Assembly: GCA_963765075.1 (NCBI GenBank)
Contig: CAVXVA010000001.1
Span: 769,901 to 833,900, forward strand
Reading direction: 5' to 3'
Source of the DNA: an uncultured Acidimicrobiia bacterium
Lineage (GTDB): Bacteria > Actinomycetota > Acidimicrobiia > IMCC26256 > JAENVU01
Length of the DNA: 64,000 nucleotides
Under the pieces are notes generated by a model. The model saw nothing but the letters and a program-made list of their open reading frames with translations, ran no database searches and was not told the origin of the DNA. Below, piece by piece: positions 50,759 to 64,000 of the stretch (its first letter is position 1; each line of letters opens with the position of its first letter). The position numbers were made by a program, and so were the translations under genes.

Positions 50759-52210
50759 TTAGGAGAGGTGGTCGCGGAGGGTGCGTTTGCGGACTTTGCC
50801 CATGGGGTCCCGGGGAAGTTCGTCGACGAACTCGACGCGGCGGGGGGCCTTGTAGCGAACGAGGCGGTCGCGGGCGAACGCGACGACCTCCTCGGCGGTC
50901 AACGGTGACCCGGCGTCGAAACCCGGTGCCGGTACCACCACGGCCACCACGATCTCGCCGTACTCGGCGTCGGGCAACCCGATGACCGCGACCTCTTCGA
51001 TCGCCGGGTGCATCACCAGCACCGCTTCGACCTCGGCGGGATAGACGTTGGCACCGCCCGTGATCACCATGTCCTTGCGCCGGTCGACCACGAACAGGTA
51101 CCCGTCGTCGTCGAGATACCCGAGATCCCCGAGGGTGGCGAGGTTGCCGCGGTAGACCGACTCCGTGAGTTCGGCGTCGCCGGCATACCGGAAACCGCGA
51201 CCCCAATCCGAGCCGATGTAGACGAGGCCGACGTCGCCCGGTGGCAACTCGGCACCGTCGTCATCGAGGATCTTGATCGTCGATCCGGGGGCGGCGCGGC
51301 CGACACTGCCGGGTTTGGCCAACCACTCGGCCGCGGTGATCATGGTGCCCATCGTCTCGGTCCCGCCGTAGGTCTCCCACACGGCACCGGCGGGGAAGAA
51401 CTCGATCACCTCGTGCTTCAGGCTCGGCGCGCACGGCGCGGAACCGTGCAGCAGCCGCTTGATCGACGACACGTCGGCGGCGGCCTTGACCTCGGCGGCT
51501 GCGCTCATGAGTCGGTAGAGATGCACGGGCGCACACCAGGAGTACGTGGCGCGTTCGCGTGCGACGGCCGTGTACCACTCGGCCGCATCGAAGTGATCGA
51601 GGATCACGGAGGTGTGACCGAGCAGCAATCCGCTGTGGGGACCACTGAACCCGGCGATGTGGTGCAGCGGTGAGCCGGTGATGTTGACCTCGTCGGGCGA
51701 GTCGAGCCCGTAGGCGGTGTAGTACCGCACAAGCCCATCGATGCTCGCGACCGGGTCGACCGGCGGCCGCAGGACCGCCTTCGGGCGACCGGTGGTACCG
51801 GACGTGTACGCGCGCAACGTCACGTAGTCGGGCGGGGCATCGACCATCGGCTCGACCGATGCCCGTGCGAGGGCATCGGCGAAGTCGGGGAGACCCGTCT
51901 CGTCGAGCAAGAACGCGACGTCACCGTCGGTGCAGAAGTACTCGCGTTCGTCTGCGGTCGCACCGCTCGGGATCGGGACGATCTCGGCGCCGAGTCGAGC
52001 CGCCGCCACCGCCGCGACGAACCACTCGGGACGATTTCCCAGCGCCATACCCAGCCGCGCATCGGCACCGACACCACGCGCCCGGAGCACCTGCACGCCG
52101 CGGGCGATCAGAGTGTCGAGTTCGCCGTAGGTGATCCTCCGATCACCGTGGACCAAGGCAACCTTGTCGGGCCGGTCGACCGCGTGGACCGCGACGCCGT
52201 ACCCGGACAC
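50759..52210 (-). CDS. AMP-dependent acyl-CoA synthetase
   Basis: YTSGTTGRPK, YGGTE, GDLGYLD, DRRKDMVITGG, GKV. Confidence 0.93.
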   Translation of the reverse strand: MSGYGVAVHAVDRPDKVALVHGDRRITYGELDTLIARGVQVLRARGVGADARLGMALGNRPEWFVAAVAAARLGAEIVPIPSGATADEREYFCTDGDVAFLLDETGLPDFADALARASVEPMVDAPPDYVTLRAYTSGTTGRPKAVLRPPVDPVASIDGLVRYYTAYGLDSPDEVNITGSPLHHIAGFSGPHSGLLLGHTSVILDHFDAAEWYTAVARERATYSWCAPVHLYRLMSAAAEVKAAADVSSIKRLLHGSAPCAPSLKHEVIEFFPAGAVWETYGGTETMGTMITAAEWLAKPGSVGRAAPGSTIKILDDDGAELPPGDVGLVYIGSDWGRGFRYAGDAELTESVYRGNLATLGDLGYLDDDGYLFVVDRRKDMVITGGANVYPAEVEAVLVMHPAIEEVAVIGLPDAEYGEIVVAVVVPAPGFDAGSPLTAEEVVAFARDRLVRYKAPRRVEFVDELPRDPMGKVRKRTLRDHLS

Positions 52211-52218
52211 GGGAACTC

Positions 52219-53124
52219 CTACGCCCCGTACGCCGGAGTCGGGGCCGGCGCCTCGGCCAACAACCGCCGAACGACCGGGCCGACCTCGGCGGGTTCCCAC
52301 CGGGACCCTTTGTCTTCCTGGGGTCCGTGCGCCCAGCCGTCGGCCACCGAGATCATCCCGCCCTCGACCTCGAAGACCCGTCCGGTGACGCCGGCGGAGT
52401 CCGCCGAACCAAGCCAGACCACGAGCGGCGCGATGTTCTCGGGCGCCATCACATCGAACGCGCCGTCCTCGGGCGCCGCCATCGTGTCGGCGAACACGGC
52501 TTCGGTCATGCGCGTGCGGGCGGCGGGGGCGATCGCATTCGCAGTCACGCCGTACCGACCGAGCTCGGCCGCCTCGACCATGGTCAGGCCGGCGATACCC
52601 GCCTTGGCCGCGCTGTACGCACCCTGGCCGACGCTGCCCATCAGCCCCGCACCCGACGACGTGTTGATCACCCGAGCGTCGACGACTTCACCGTTCTTCT
52701 GTTGCTCGCGCCAGTACGCGGCCGCGAACCGAGTCGGCGCGAAGTGGCCTTTCAGGTGCACCCGAATCACCGCGTCCCATTCCTCTTCGGAGGTGGTGAC
52801 CACCATGCGATCCCGCAGGAACCCTGCGTTGTTGACGAGCACGTCGAGCCGCCCGAACGCGTCGATGGCGGTCTGAATCAGCCGCTGGGCGCCGGCCCAG
52901 TCGGCGACGTCGTCGCCATTGGCGACGGCCTCACCACCCATGGCTCGGATCGCCTCGACCACCTCGCCCGCGGGTCCGGTCGAACCGCCACTGCCGTCGG
53001 ATTCAGCACCGAGGTCGTTCACCACGACCTTGGCGCCCTGGCGGGCGAACTCGAGCGCGTGGCCCCGGCCGATGCCGCGTCCTGCGCCCGTCACGATCAC
53101 AACTCGGTCGTCACAGATCCCCAT
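52219..53124 (-). CDS. SDR oxidoreductase
   Basis: TGAGRGIG, NNAG, YSAAK. Confidence 0.93.
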   Translation of the reverse strand: MGICDDRVVIVTGAGRGIGRGHALEFARQGAKVVVNDLGAESDGSGGSTGPAGEVVEAIRAMGGEAVANGDDVADWAGAQRLIQTAIDAFGRLDVLVNNAGFLRDRMVVTTSEEEWDAVIRVHLKGHFAPTRFAAAYWREQQKNGEVVDARVINTSSGAGLMGSVGQGAYSAAKAGIAGLTMVEAAELGRYGVTANAIAPAARTRMTEAVFADTMAAPEDGAFDVMAPENIAPLVVWLGSADSAGVTGRVFEVEGGMISVADGWAHGPQEDKGSRWEPAEVGPVVRRLLAEAPAPTPAYGA

Positions 53125-53131
53125 AGGCGGG

Positions 53132-56168
<3,037 letters not shown>

Positions 56169-56174
56169 GCCGGA

Positions 56175-57011
56175 GTGCATTTCGGCATCACGATGTTCGC
56201 GACTGATCAGACGATGGACCCGAGCGAGCTGGCTCGGGAGGCCGAAGCCCGCGGGTTCCATTCGCTGTACCTGCCCGAACACACCCACATCCCGATCTCG
56301 CGGCGCACCAAGCCGCCGACGGGTGGCGAGGTGCTGGCCGAGGAGTACAAGCGCACCCTCGACCCACTGATCGCGTTGAGTGCCGCCGCCGCCGTGACCG
56401 ACACCATTCTCCTCGGCACCGGCATTTCGGTGGTCGCCCAACGCGAACCGATCGTGACCGCCAAAGCCATCGCGACCCTCGACCGCATCGCCGAGGGCCG
56501 CTTCGTCTTCGGCATCGGGTTCGGTTGGAATGCCGATGAGATCGAGCACCATGGCATCGCCATGCCCGACCGGCGCGAGGTCGTGCGCGAGCACATCCTC
56601 GCGATGCGGGCACTGTGGCGCGACGACGTCGCCGAGTACCACGGTGAGTTCGTCGACTTCTCGGCCTCGTGGTCGTGGCCCAAGCCGACGCGACCTGAAG
56701 GCCCACCCATCCTCATCGGCGGCGCGGCGGGACCCAAGCTGTTCGCCCACATCGCCGAGTACGCCGACGGTTGGATCCCGATCGGCGGCGCCGGCATCCG
56801 CGCCGCGCGGGACGATCTCCGGCGCGCCTGCGACGAGCACGGCCGCGACGCCGACACCCTGCGCATCGTTCCGTTCGGGACCGTGCCCGACCAGGGGAAA
56901 CTCGAGTACTACGCGTCGCTCGGGATCCGCGAAATCGTCCTGCGCGTCGAAGGCGGAACCCGAGACCAGGTACTCCTGATCCTCGACGAGTACTGCACGC
57001 TCCTCGGTTGA
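56175..57011 (+). CDS. LLM-class F420-dependent oxidoreductase
   Basis: PEHTHIP, LDPLIAL, GRFVFGIGFGWN, YADGWIP. Confidence 0.92.
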   Translation: MHFGITMFATDQTMDPSELAREAEARGFHSLYLPEHTHIPISRRTKPPTGGEVLAEEYKRTLDPLIALSAAAAVTDTILLGTGISVVAQREPIVTAKAIATLDRIAEGRFVFGIGFGWNADEIEHHGIAMPDRREVVREHILAMRALWRDDVAEYHGEFVDFSASWSWPKPTRPEGPPILIGGAAGPKLFAHIAEYADGWIPIGGAGIRAARDDLRRACDEHGRDADTLRIVPFGTVPDQGKLEYYASLGIREIVLRVEGGTRDQVLLILDEYCTLLG

Positions 57012-57030
57012 CCCTTCGGTAGGGTGCACC

Positions 57031-57660
57031 ATGAGCGCACGTCCAGCCGTGGCCGAGATCGTGGTCGCCGATGAACCCGGCGCGTGGGAGCGAGCGGGGT
57101 TCACGATCACCGACGAGAACACCACCCGCATCGGGGCCATCGCGATCCGGCTCGTCGGCCGCGGCCAGGGCAAGGGAATCGTCGGCTGGGCGTGGTCCGA
57201 CCTTTCGGGCGAGGGACCGATCGACGGCCTGGCCACCACATCGGCACGCCCCGGTTCGCTCCGACCGACGGCCCACGACCTCGGAGTCACGATCATCGAC
57301 CACGTTGTGGTGGTCACGCCCAACCTCGAACGCACCGTGCCCGAGTTCGAGGCCCGCCAACTGGAGGTTCGCCGAGTCCGCCACACCGATCAGTACGGCC
57401 CGGCCTTCCGTCAGGTGTTCTTCCGCGGCGGCGAGACCATCATCGAACTCATCGGACCCGATGTTCCTCGCGAGGGCGACGACCGCGACGCGCACTTCTA
57501 CGGATTGGCATTCACCGTCGAAGACCTCGGGGCCACCGCGGCGCGACTCGGCGACCGTCTGAGCCGCATCAAAGACGCGGTCCAAGATGGCCGCCAGATC
57601 GCCACACTCCGACACGAGGCCTTCGACATCTCCGTGCCGATCGCGTTGATGAGCGCCTGA
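57031..57660 (+). CDS. VOC family protein
   Basis: IDHVVVVTPNLERT, QVFFRGGETIIEL, KDAVQDGRQIATL. Confidence 0.85.
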   Translation: MSARPAVAEIVVADEPGAWERAGFTITDENTTRIGAIAIRLVGRGQGKGIVGWAWSDLSGEGPIDGLATTSARPGSLRPTAHDLGVTIIDHVVVVTPNLERTVPEFEARQLEVRRVRHTDQYGPAFRQVFFRGGETIIELIGPDVPREGDDRDAHFYGLAFTVEDLGATAARLGDRLSRIKDAVQDGRQIATLRHEAFDISVPIALMSA

Positions 57661-57684
57661 GCGTCGCGGCGACGCTCGGCACCG

Positions 57685-58512
57685 TCACTCGGCGGTGAAG
57701 AGGTAGCGCAGGCCTTCACCGACGGCCCGGTAGCCGATCGCACGGTAGATGCCGTTCGACGTCGGGTTCTCCAGGTCGGTGTACAGCACGCAACGCAGGT
57801 CCGAATCGATCGCGACCCGAGACATGCCGGCCACCAAGGCACTCGCGTACCCGCGCCCTCGGTGGGTCGGCGGCGTGTACACCGGGCCGACGCGGACGAC
57901 CCGCTCCAAGGGAGCCGTGAATCCCGCGGCCGAGACCGGTTCGCCGTCGACCCAGACCCACAACTGTCCGGCGTCGATCCGGCGTGCCACCCCGCCGGCG
58001 ACACCTAGCGTCGGTTCGCCGATCTCGGCGGCGAACGCGGTGAAGCACTGCACGAGGAAGTCGACGTGCTCGCGGGTCGCGCGTTGTACTCCGCCCGGCG
58101 CGTCGTGATCGACGAGATCGTCGAGCAGATACAACCGTTGCCCCAGCGTCGGTCGGGCGCTGACGCGAGTCCGTTCGGACCACGCGCCGGCGAAGGCCGC
58201 CGCGGTCGCGGCATCGCCGTCGACGCCCGGGAGTTGTGCACCGGTGTCGCTGATCCGATGCGCGACCGCCGCGACAACCTCGGGCCGCATCGGCGTGACC
58301 GCCGCGTGAAAGGTGTTGGGCGACTGGAACACCACGCCCACGACGTCCATGCCGACCGACGCAATCCAGTACCGGCCGGGTTCGGGCACCGCGACCCGGG
58401 CGTGCAGCAGTGTGAGGATCAGGTTGTGGGCGACGGGATCCGACCCCAGGAACGACGCAGCCGTCGTGAGGACCCGACCCGGATCATTAGTTGCCTCGAC
58501 GACGACGTCCAT
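57685..58512 (-). CDS. GNAT acetyltransferase
   Basis: VGPVYTPPTHRGRGYA, LYTDLENPTSNGIYRAIGY. Confidence 0.92.
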   Translation of the reverse strand: MDVVVEATNDPGRVLTTAASFLGSDPVAHNLILTLLHARVAVPEPGRYWIASVGMDVVGVVFQSPNTFHAAVTPMRPEVVAAVAHRISDTGAQLPGVDGDAATAAAFAGAWSERTRVSARPTLGQRLYLLDDLVDHDAPGGVQRATREHVDFLVQCFTAFAAEIGEPTLGVAGGVARRIDAGQLWVWVDGEPVSAAGFTAPLERVVRVGPVYTPPTHRGRGYASALVAGMSRVAIDSDLRCVLYTDLENPTSNGIYRAIGYRAVGEGLRYLFTAE

Positions 58513-58527
58513 GATCCTCCGGCCCGG

Positions 58528-59484
58528 TCAGGTCAATGAGTATGACCACGCGACTCGCGTCTTGTCTCGCGAATATCCCTGCCCCTCGTACAGCGCCAGC
58601 GCGCCGGAGGGGTTCTCGGCATCGACGTCGAGTGCGGCAAAGTCCAACCCTTCCTGCGCGAACGCTGCGGCCGTCGCACTCAGCAACGACTTCGCGACAC
58701 CACGACCGCGCCACGGCCGGAGCACGCCGAGCTGGTGCGTCCAGCCTTCCTTGAAGCCCAAGCCCGGCCAGTCATCGGGGTGAAGCGCATTCAGCGCGTA
58801 GCCGACGACCTGGTCGCCATCTGTGGCCGTGAACGAACAGTCGGCCCGGAAGTTGCGATGACCGGTCACCCAGCGATTCCACGTCTCGGGGTCGAGTTCG
58901 CTCGCCGCGAAATGGTCGCGGAAGGCTTCATTGTGCGCGGCCCGTACGACCTCGTCGACCAGAGGGTCGAACGGCCGAATCTCGATGCCGCCGGCACGCG
59001 CCACCGGCGCCGGGGTGCCGGCGAGTGGCCGCCGCATCTCGAAGTAGTACCGGTGTGGCGAGAACTCGAAATCGTCGAACAGTTCGTTGCGCACCGTGTC
59101 GGTCTCGGACGCCGAGACTTCGAGCCAGGCGGGGACATTCGCGGCGGACCCAGCCGCGATTTCCCGGCCGCGCTGCATCTGCCACTCGAGCAGTTGGGTC
59201 CCCAATCCGTTCTTCCGTGCTCTCGGCACCACGGCGCCATCGAGCAGGACGCGCGCCTGGCGCGGGCTGGGGATCGACCAGACCATCCCCCAGGCGACCA
59301 CCACGCCGTCGGCGAACGCCAACCGACCGTCGAGCCGAGGATCCACGTAGGACAGATCGAGTTGCTCCTCCAGGTCATCCCGTCCGAGAACCTCCCCCGT
59401 CCGGTCCACCGCCTCGATCTCGCGCAACGCGTCCACCCAGGCGTCCAAATCCCCAGCCCCCGGCGCCCGCCACTGCACGTCCAT
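58528..59484 (-). CDS. Tandem-domain GNAT acetyltransferase
   Basis: [11 protein letters not shown] and [26 protein letters not shown]. Confidence 0.9.
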   Translation of the reverse strand: MDVQWRAPGAGDLDAWVDALREIEAVDRTGEVLGRDDLEEQLDLSYVDPRLDGRLAFADGVVVAWGMVWSIPSPRQARVLLDGAVVPRARKNGLGTQLLEWQMQRGREIAAGSAANVPAWLEVSASETDTVRNELFDDFEFSPHRYYFEMRRPLAGTPAPVARAGGIEIRPFDPLVDEVVRAAHNEAFRDHFAASELDPETWNRWVTGHRNFRADCSFTATDGDQVVGYALNALHPDDWPGLGFKEGWTHQLGVLRPWRGRGVAKSLLSATAAAFAQEGLDFAALDVDAENPSGALALYEGQGYSRDKTRVAWSYSLT

Positions 59485-59490
59485 CCAGGC

Positions 59491-60645
59491 CTACAACCGC
59501 TCGATGATCGTCACGTTCGCCTGCCCCCCACCCTCACACATCGTCTGCAGGCCGTACCGGCCACCGGTGCGTTCGAGTTCGTTGAGCAGGGTGGTCATGA
59601 GCCGGACGCCGGTCGCGCCGAGCGGGTGGCCCAGCGCAATCGCACCGCCGTTGACGTTCACCTTGGCGAGGTCGGCGCCGGTCTCCTGCGCCCAGGCGAG
59701 TACCACCGACGCAAAGGCTTCGTTGATCTCGACGAGGTCGATCTGATCGAGCGTCATCCCCGACTTCTCCATGGCGTACGCCGTGGCCGGGATCGGCGCC
59801 GACAGCATGAAGATCGGGTCCGCGCCACGCACCGACAGATGGTGCACGCGGGCCCGCGGCTTCAACCCGTGACGGGCGACGGCGGCTTCGGAGGCGATGA
59901 GCATCGCGCTCGCCGCGTCGGAGATCTGCGATGCCATGGCCGCGGTGATCCGGCCACCTTCGACGAGCGGCGACAGCGACCGGATCTTCTCCCAGTTCGG
60001 GTTCGCGCGGGCCTTCGTCGAAGGTGGCGTCACCCAACGGGACGATCTCGCGCTCGAACCGCCCTTCGGCGCGGGCCCGGATCGCCCGTTCGTGGGACTC
60101 GACCGCGAACTCTTCCATCGCCTCGCGGGTGATTCCCCACTTCTCGGCGATCAGTTCGGCCCCGCGGAACTGCGACACCTCTTGGGTCCCGTAACGATCG
60201 ACCCAACCCCTGCTCGTCGAGAACGGGTCGGTGAAGCCGAACTGCTCCGCGACGGTCATCGCCGCGGAGATCGGGATCATGCTCATGTTCTGGACGCCAC
60301 CGGCGACGACGAGGTCCTGCGTGCCGCTCATGACTCCCTGCGCGGCGAAGTGCACGGCCTGTTGGGACGAGCCGCACTGCCGGTCGATCGTCGTGCCCGG
60401 CACCTCCTCGGGGAGACCCGCCGCGAGCCAACAGGTGCGGGCGATGTCGCCGGCTTGCGGACCGATCGCGTCGACGCAGCCGAACACGACGTCGTCGACG
60501 GCCGCCGGATCGAAGTCGTTGCGGGCGACCAGTGCTTTCAACACGTGGGCGCCGAGGTCGGCCGGGTGGACCTGGCTCAGCGCACCCCCGCGCCGGCCCA
60601 CCGGGAGTCCGCACCGCGTCGACGATGAAAGGCGCTCCGGTGCAT
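59491..60645 (-). CDS. Thiolase, FadA6-like; frameshifts near 60000 and 60600
   Basis: [48 protein letters not shown]. Confidence 0.88.
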
Positions 60646-61634
60646 CGTGGTCCTGCTCCTCCGGTTGGTCGGTGTCGTCAAGGATCGCGCGGGCGACGCG
60701 GTCGCGGTGCCAGGCGGCATCGCCCCAGGCTCCCGCCAGCGCCCAGGCGCGCTTCATCCACAGGTGAAGGTCGTACTCGTAGGAGTACCCGATCGCGCCG
60801 TGACACTGCAGTGCGGCACGCGTGGCCGCGAGTCGCGACGTCGGCGGCCTGGGCCTTGGCCATCGACACGTGCACCGGCGCGCCCGCATCATCGGTCGAG
60901 AGTGAGAGCGCGGCACGGTAGACAAGTGGCGCAGCGAACTCGATGCCGATCCGCACGTCGGCCAGGTGGTGTTTGATGGCCTGGAACGAACCGATCGGCA
61001 CGCCGAACTGGTTCCGGTCGGTGACGTACTCGACGGTCATGTCCAACAGGTTGCGGGCGAGGCCGAGGAGCTGGGCCGAATAGCCGAGGTTGCCGCGCCA
61101 GAAGGCCCGTGAGAGTTCGGTCGGGGTCAGGGGTCGTGACTCCACCGCGCCGGTGAGCAACGCCACCCGGCGCGCACCGTCGACCGATTCCTTGGCCACG
61201 AGTTCCGCGCCGGGTCGGAGCGCCACTACCGGATCCGGGTCGAGCCGAATGAGGATGTCGGACGCGTCGGCCCACGGGATCAACGGGTCGCCCACCGTGA
61301 CCGTCGACGCACCGGTCGCCACCCCCGGGTGGTCGGGGGCAACCAGCGGCGCACCCACGAGGACGTGCTCGACGAACGGTTCCGGCAGCGCCGCCCGACC
61401 GGCTTCCTCGGCAAGCAGCACGACGTCGAGCTCGGTGAGGCCGAGTCCGCCATCGGCTTCGGGGACCAGCGCGCCGAGCACGCCCATCTCACCCAGCGCA
61501 CCCCACGCCGCGCCGCTGCGACCGTCGGCGTTGGCCCAGGCCGCCCGCACGATGCTGGGCGGGCACTCCTTGGCGAGCAGATCTCGGACCGCGTCCCGGA
61601 ACGCGAGCTGATCGTCGGTGAATGCGAACTCCAC
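60640..61634 (-). CDS. Acyl-CoA dehydrogenase, FadE32-like subunit; frameshift near 60830, 3' end uncertain
   Basis: FAFTDDQLAFRD, RNQFGVPIGSFQAIKH, LQCHGAIGYSYEYDLHLW. Confidence 0.85.
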
Positions 61635-61638
61635 GGGC

Positions 61639-62782
61639 CTACTTCCTCGGGAGTCCGAGCACGCGCTCGGCGATCACGTTGCGTTGGATCTCGTTGGTCC
61701 CCGCGTAGATCGGACCCGACAAGGCGAACTCGTAGCCCTTCATCCAGCTGCTCTCCAGCTCGGCCTCGAAGCCGAACAGGTCGAGCGCGGTCTCGTGGAG
61801 CTCGACGTCGAGCTCGGACCAGAAGACCTTGGTGAGACTCGACTCGACGCCTGGCGGATCGCCGTCGATCACCCGGGTCACGGTCTGGAGGGTCTGGAGC
61901 CGGTACGCCTCGGTGTCGATGTAGGCCTGGGCGACGCGACCCCGCAATGAGCCGTCGACCGCGTCGGGCCCGCGCTCGCGATACAACGCGACGAGCCGGT
62001 CGGCCGTCGCCATGAACCGGCCCGGGCTGCGCAAGGGTGAGGCCGCGCTCGGACCCGGTGGTCGCCATCGCGACGCTCCAACCCTGGTCGACTCCGCCGA
62101 GCACGAGATCGTCGGACACGAGCGCGTCCTCGAAGAACACTTCGGCGAATCCTTCGTCGCCATCGAGGCGACCGAAACCGCGCACCGTGACGCCCGGGGT
62201 GTCGAGTGGCACGAGGAAGTAGGTCAGACCTCGGTGGCGCTCCGCAGTCGGATCGGTTCGGAACAGCCCGAACAGGTGCGTGCAGAACGCGCCGCGGGTC
62301 GTCCAGGTCTTCTGGCCGTTGAGGCGCCAACCGCCCGCCGCGTCGTCGCGGGTCGCGGTCGATCGGATCCCCGCGAGATCGCTGCCGGCGTCGGGCTCGG
62401 ACCAGCCCTGGCACCACGATTCCTCACCGCTGGCCATCGTGGGCAAGAAGCGCCGCTGCTGCTCGGGCGTGCCGAACTCGAAGATCGTCGGGGCAAGGAG
62501 GAAGATGCCGTTCTGGGTGACCCGCTGCGGCGCGGCCGCCCGGTAGTACTCCTCCTCGAAGATCAACCACTCCCACAGGCTGGCGCCGCGCCCGCCGAAC
62601 TCCTCGGGCCAGGACACGACCGCCCAGCGGGCGTCGAAGAGTCTCCGTTCCCACTCCAGGTGGCGGGCGAACCCCTCGGCCGTATCCCCGCTGGGGAGCG
62701 GCTCGGCAGGGACGTTCGCAGCCAGCCAGCCTCGGACTTCGTCGCGGAAGGCCTGTTCCGACGGGCTCCAGGTCAGGTCCAT
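61639..62782 (-). CDS. Acyl-CoA dehydrogenase, FadE31-like; frameshift near 62030
   Basis: WCQGWSEPDAGSDLA, LNGQKTW, IYAGTNEIQRNVIAERVLGLP. Confidence 0.88.
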
Positions 62783-62970
62783 GGTGACTCCGCGGGCGAG
62801 ATCATGCGGCGGCGACGCTACCCGACACCCAAATCGGATCCCCGGCCGGACCCGCCGATCCGCCATCGCCGAACCGTGGTGATTGGCAGTTTCTGCGCTA
62901 TTTGCACCTTTCACGCAGAATCGGCAAGACTCCGGCTCCCGCTGGGCGGCGGGATCGGGAGGGTAACCAC

Positions 62971-64000
62971 ATGAAACGCATCCGGGTTCGGTTGGTCGCG
63001 GTACTCGTAGTGATCGTCAGCGGTCTGGCGCCGGCAGTGATCGTGCCGACTCCGGCCACTGCGCTGTCGGATCCGACGATCCCCTGGCTGACGCTGAATC
63101 GCACCATCACCTCCCAACCATGGGGTGGCAGCACCACGAAGGCCTTCGACCTCGAGGGGTCGGCCTACCTGCATTTCGACCACACACTCTGGGTGGTCGA
63201 CGATCAGCGCGACGCCGCGTACGAGATCGACCCCGTCACGGGGAAACTGCTCCACTCGATCACGCAGGCGTCGTTCGCCGGCGCCAAGCCGTTCGGCGGC
63301 ACCGCACCGCTCGCCGGCACCTCCCGCGCCGACAGCTTCTCCTCGGTTGCGTACGACCTCATCAACGACACGCTCTACATCTTCTCGGGGAACTGCTGTG
63401 GCGTCGCTCCCTTCGACCCGGCGGTGTTCCGGCTCACCCGCAACGCCTCGGGCGTCTTCACCGTCGACTCGTACCAACCGCTGCCCGAAGGCACCGATGC
63501 GTCGGCGGCCGGGGTCGTCCTCGGCGGCAAGCTGTACTTCGGCAAGGGCCAGAAGATCCGTACCTACGACTACGCGACGAACACCATCGGCGCCAACATC
63601 ACGATCACGGGCGCCGGCACGGCCATCAACGGTATGGCCTTCGCCGACCCTGACACCGACACCATGCTGGTGACGACGGCGGACAACACACTGGTCAAGG
63701 TCGACGCCGCGACGTGGAGTGCAGTGCCGGGTTGGAACTTCGACCTCGCGCCCTTCGGGATCCTGAATCCGACATCGGTCGAGGTCGTCGGCGATCGACT
63801 CTTCATCACCGACGGGTACGACGCTCGCCCGGCCGGCGACCCGTTGAAATACGCAATCTTCGTCCTCGACCTGGCCCAAGCGCCGCCGGTGACGGCGTCG
63901 TTCGAACCTCACGTGACCAGAGGCGCGAGCCCGCTGCTGGTGTGGTTCATCGACCACAGCATCCGCGCCGACACCCACGCATGGAATTTCGGGGATGGAG
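62971..64000 (+). CDS. Secreted beta-propeller + PKD protein, runs off window end (not in ORF track)
   Basis: MKRIRVRLVAVLVVIVSGLAPA signal; DLEGSAY...LWVVDD...YEIDPVTG; ends GASPLLVWFIDHS...WNFGDG; GGGAGG RBS. Confidence 0.85.
   Translation, partial: MKRIRVRLVAVLVVIVSGLAPAVIVPTPATALSDPTIPWLTLNRTITSQPWGGSTTKAFDLEGSAYLHFDHTLWVVDDQRDAAYEIDPVTGKLLHSITQASFAGAKPFGGTAPLAGTSRADSFSSVAYDLINDTLYIFSGNCCGVAPFDPAVFRLTRNASGVFTVDSYQPLPEGTDASAAGVVLGGKLYFGKGQKIRTYDYATNTIGANITITGAGTAINGMAFADPDTDTMLVTTADNTLVKVDAATWSAVPGWNFDLAPFGILNPTSVEVVGDRLFITDGYDARPAGDPLKYAIFVLDLAQAPPVTASFEPHVTRGASPLLVWFIDHSIRADTHAWNFGDG

Overview
High-GC actinobacterial DNA, probably Acidimicrobiia-like (inferred from gene content: F420 LLM enzymes, a CYP142-like P450, DUF2510 proteins, many apparently leaderless genes). 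It has three parts. (1) 1-20.4 kb is an accessory-looking region: surface proteins (DUF2510/zinc-ribbon, PQQ propeller, PKD), ppsA, an amidohydrolase and gene debris. (2) 20.4-32.2 kb is an island of about 11.8 kb bounded by a 38-bp duplication of the 5' half of tRNA-Arg(CCT). It has no recognisable integrase and carries nested IS elements (IS21 inside IS3; IS30 inside IS3 inside IS6 abutting ISL3), an AlpA-like HTH switch, a decayed DUF433/DUF5615 TA pair and one coherent AT-richer cargo operon: secreted metzincin protease, lipoprotein, acyl carrier protein (absent from the ORF track) and GNAT acyltransferase. This operon is the best candidate for an undescribed system. (3) 32.2-64 kb is core-like lipid, steroid and xenobiotic metabolism with REP-like palindromes. 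Single-base frameshifts occur throughout, including in housekeeping genes, and are most likely sequencing or assembly indels. All family calls come from motif recognition by eye; no database search was run.
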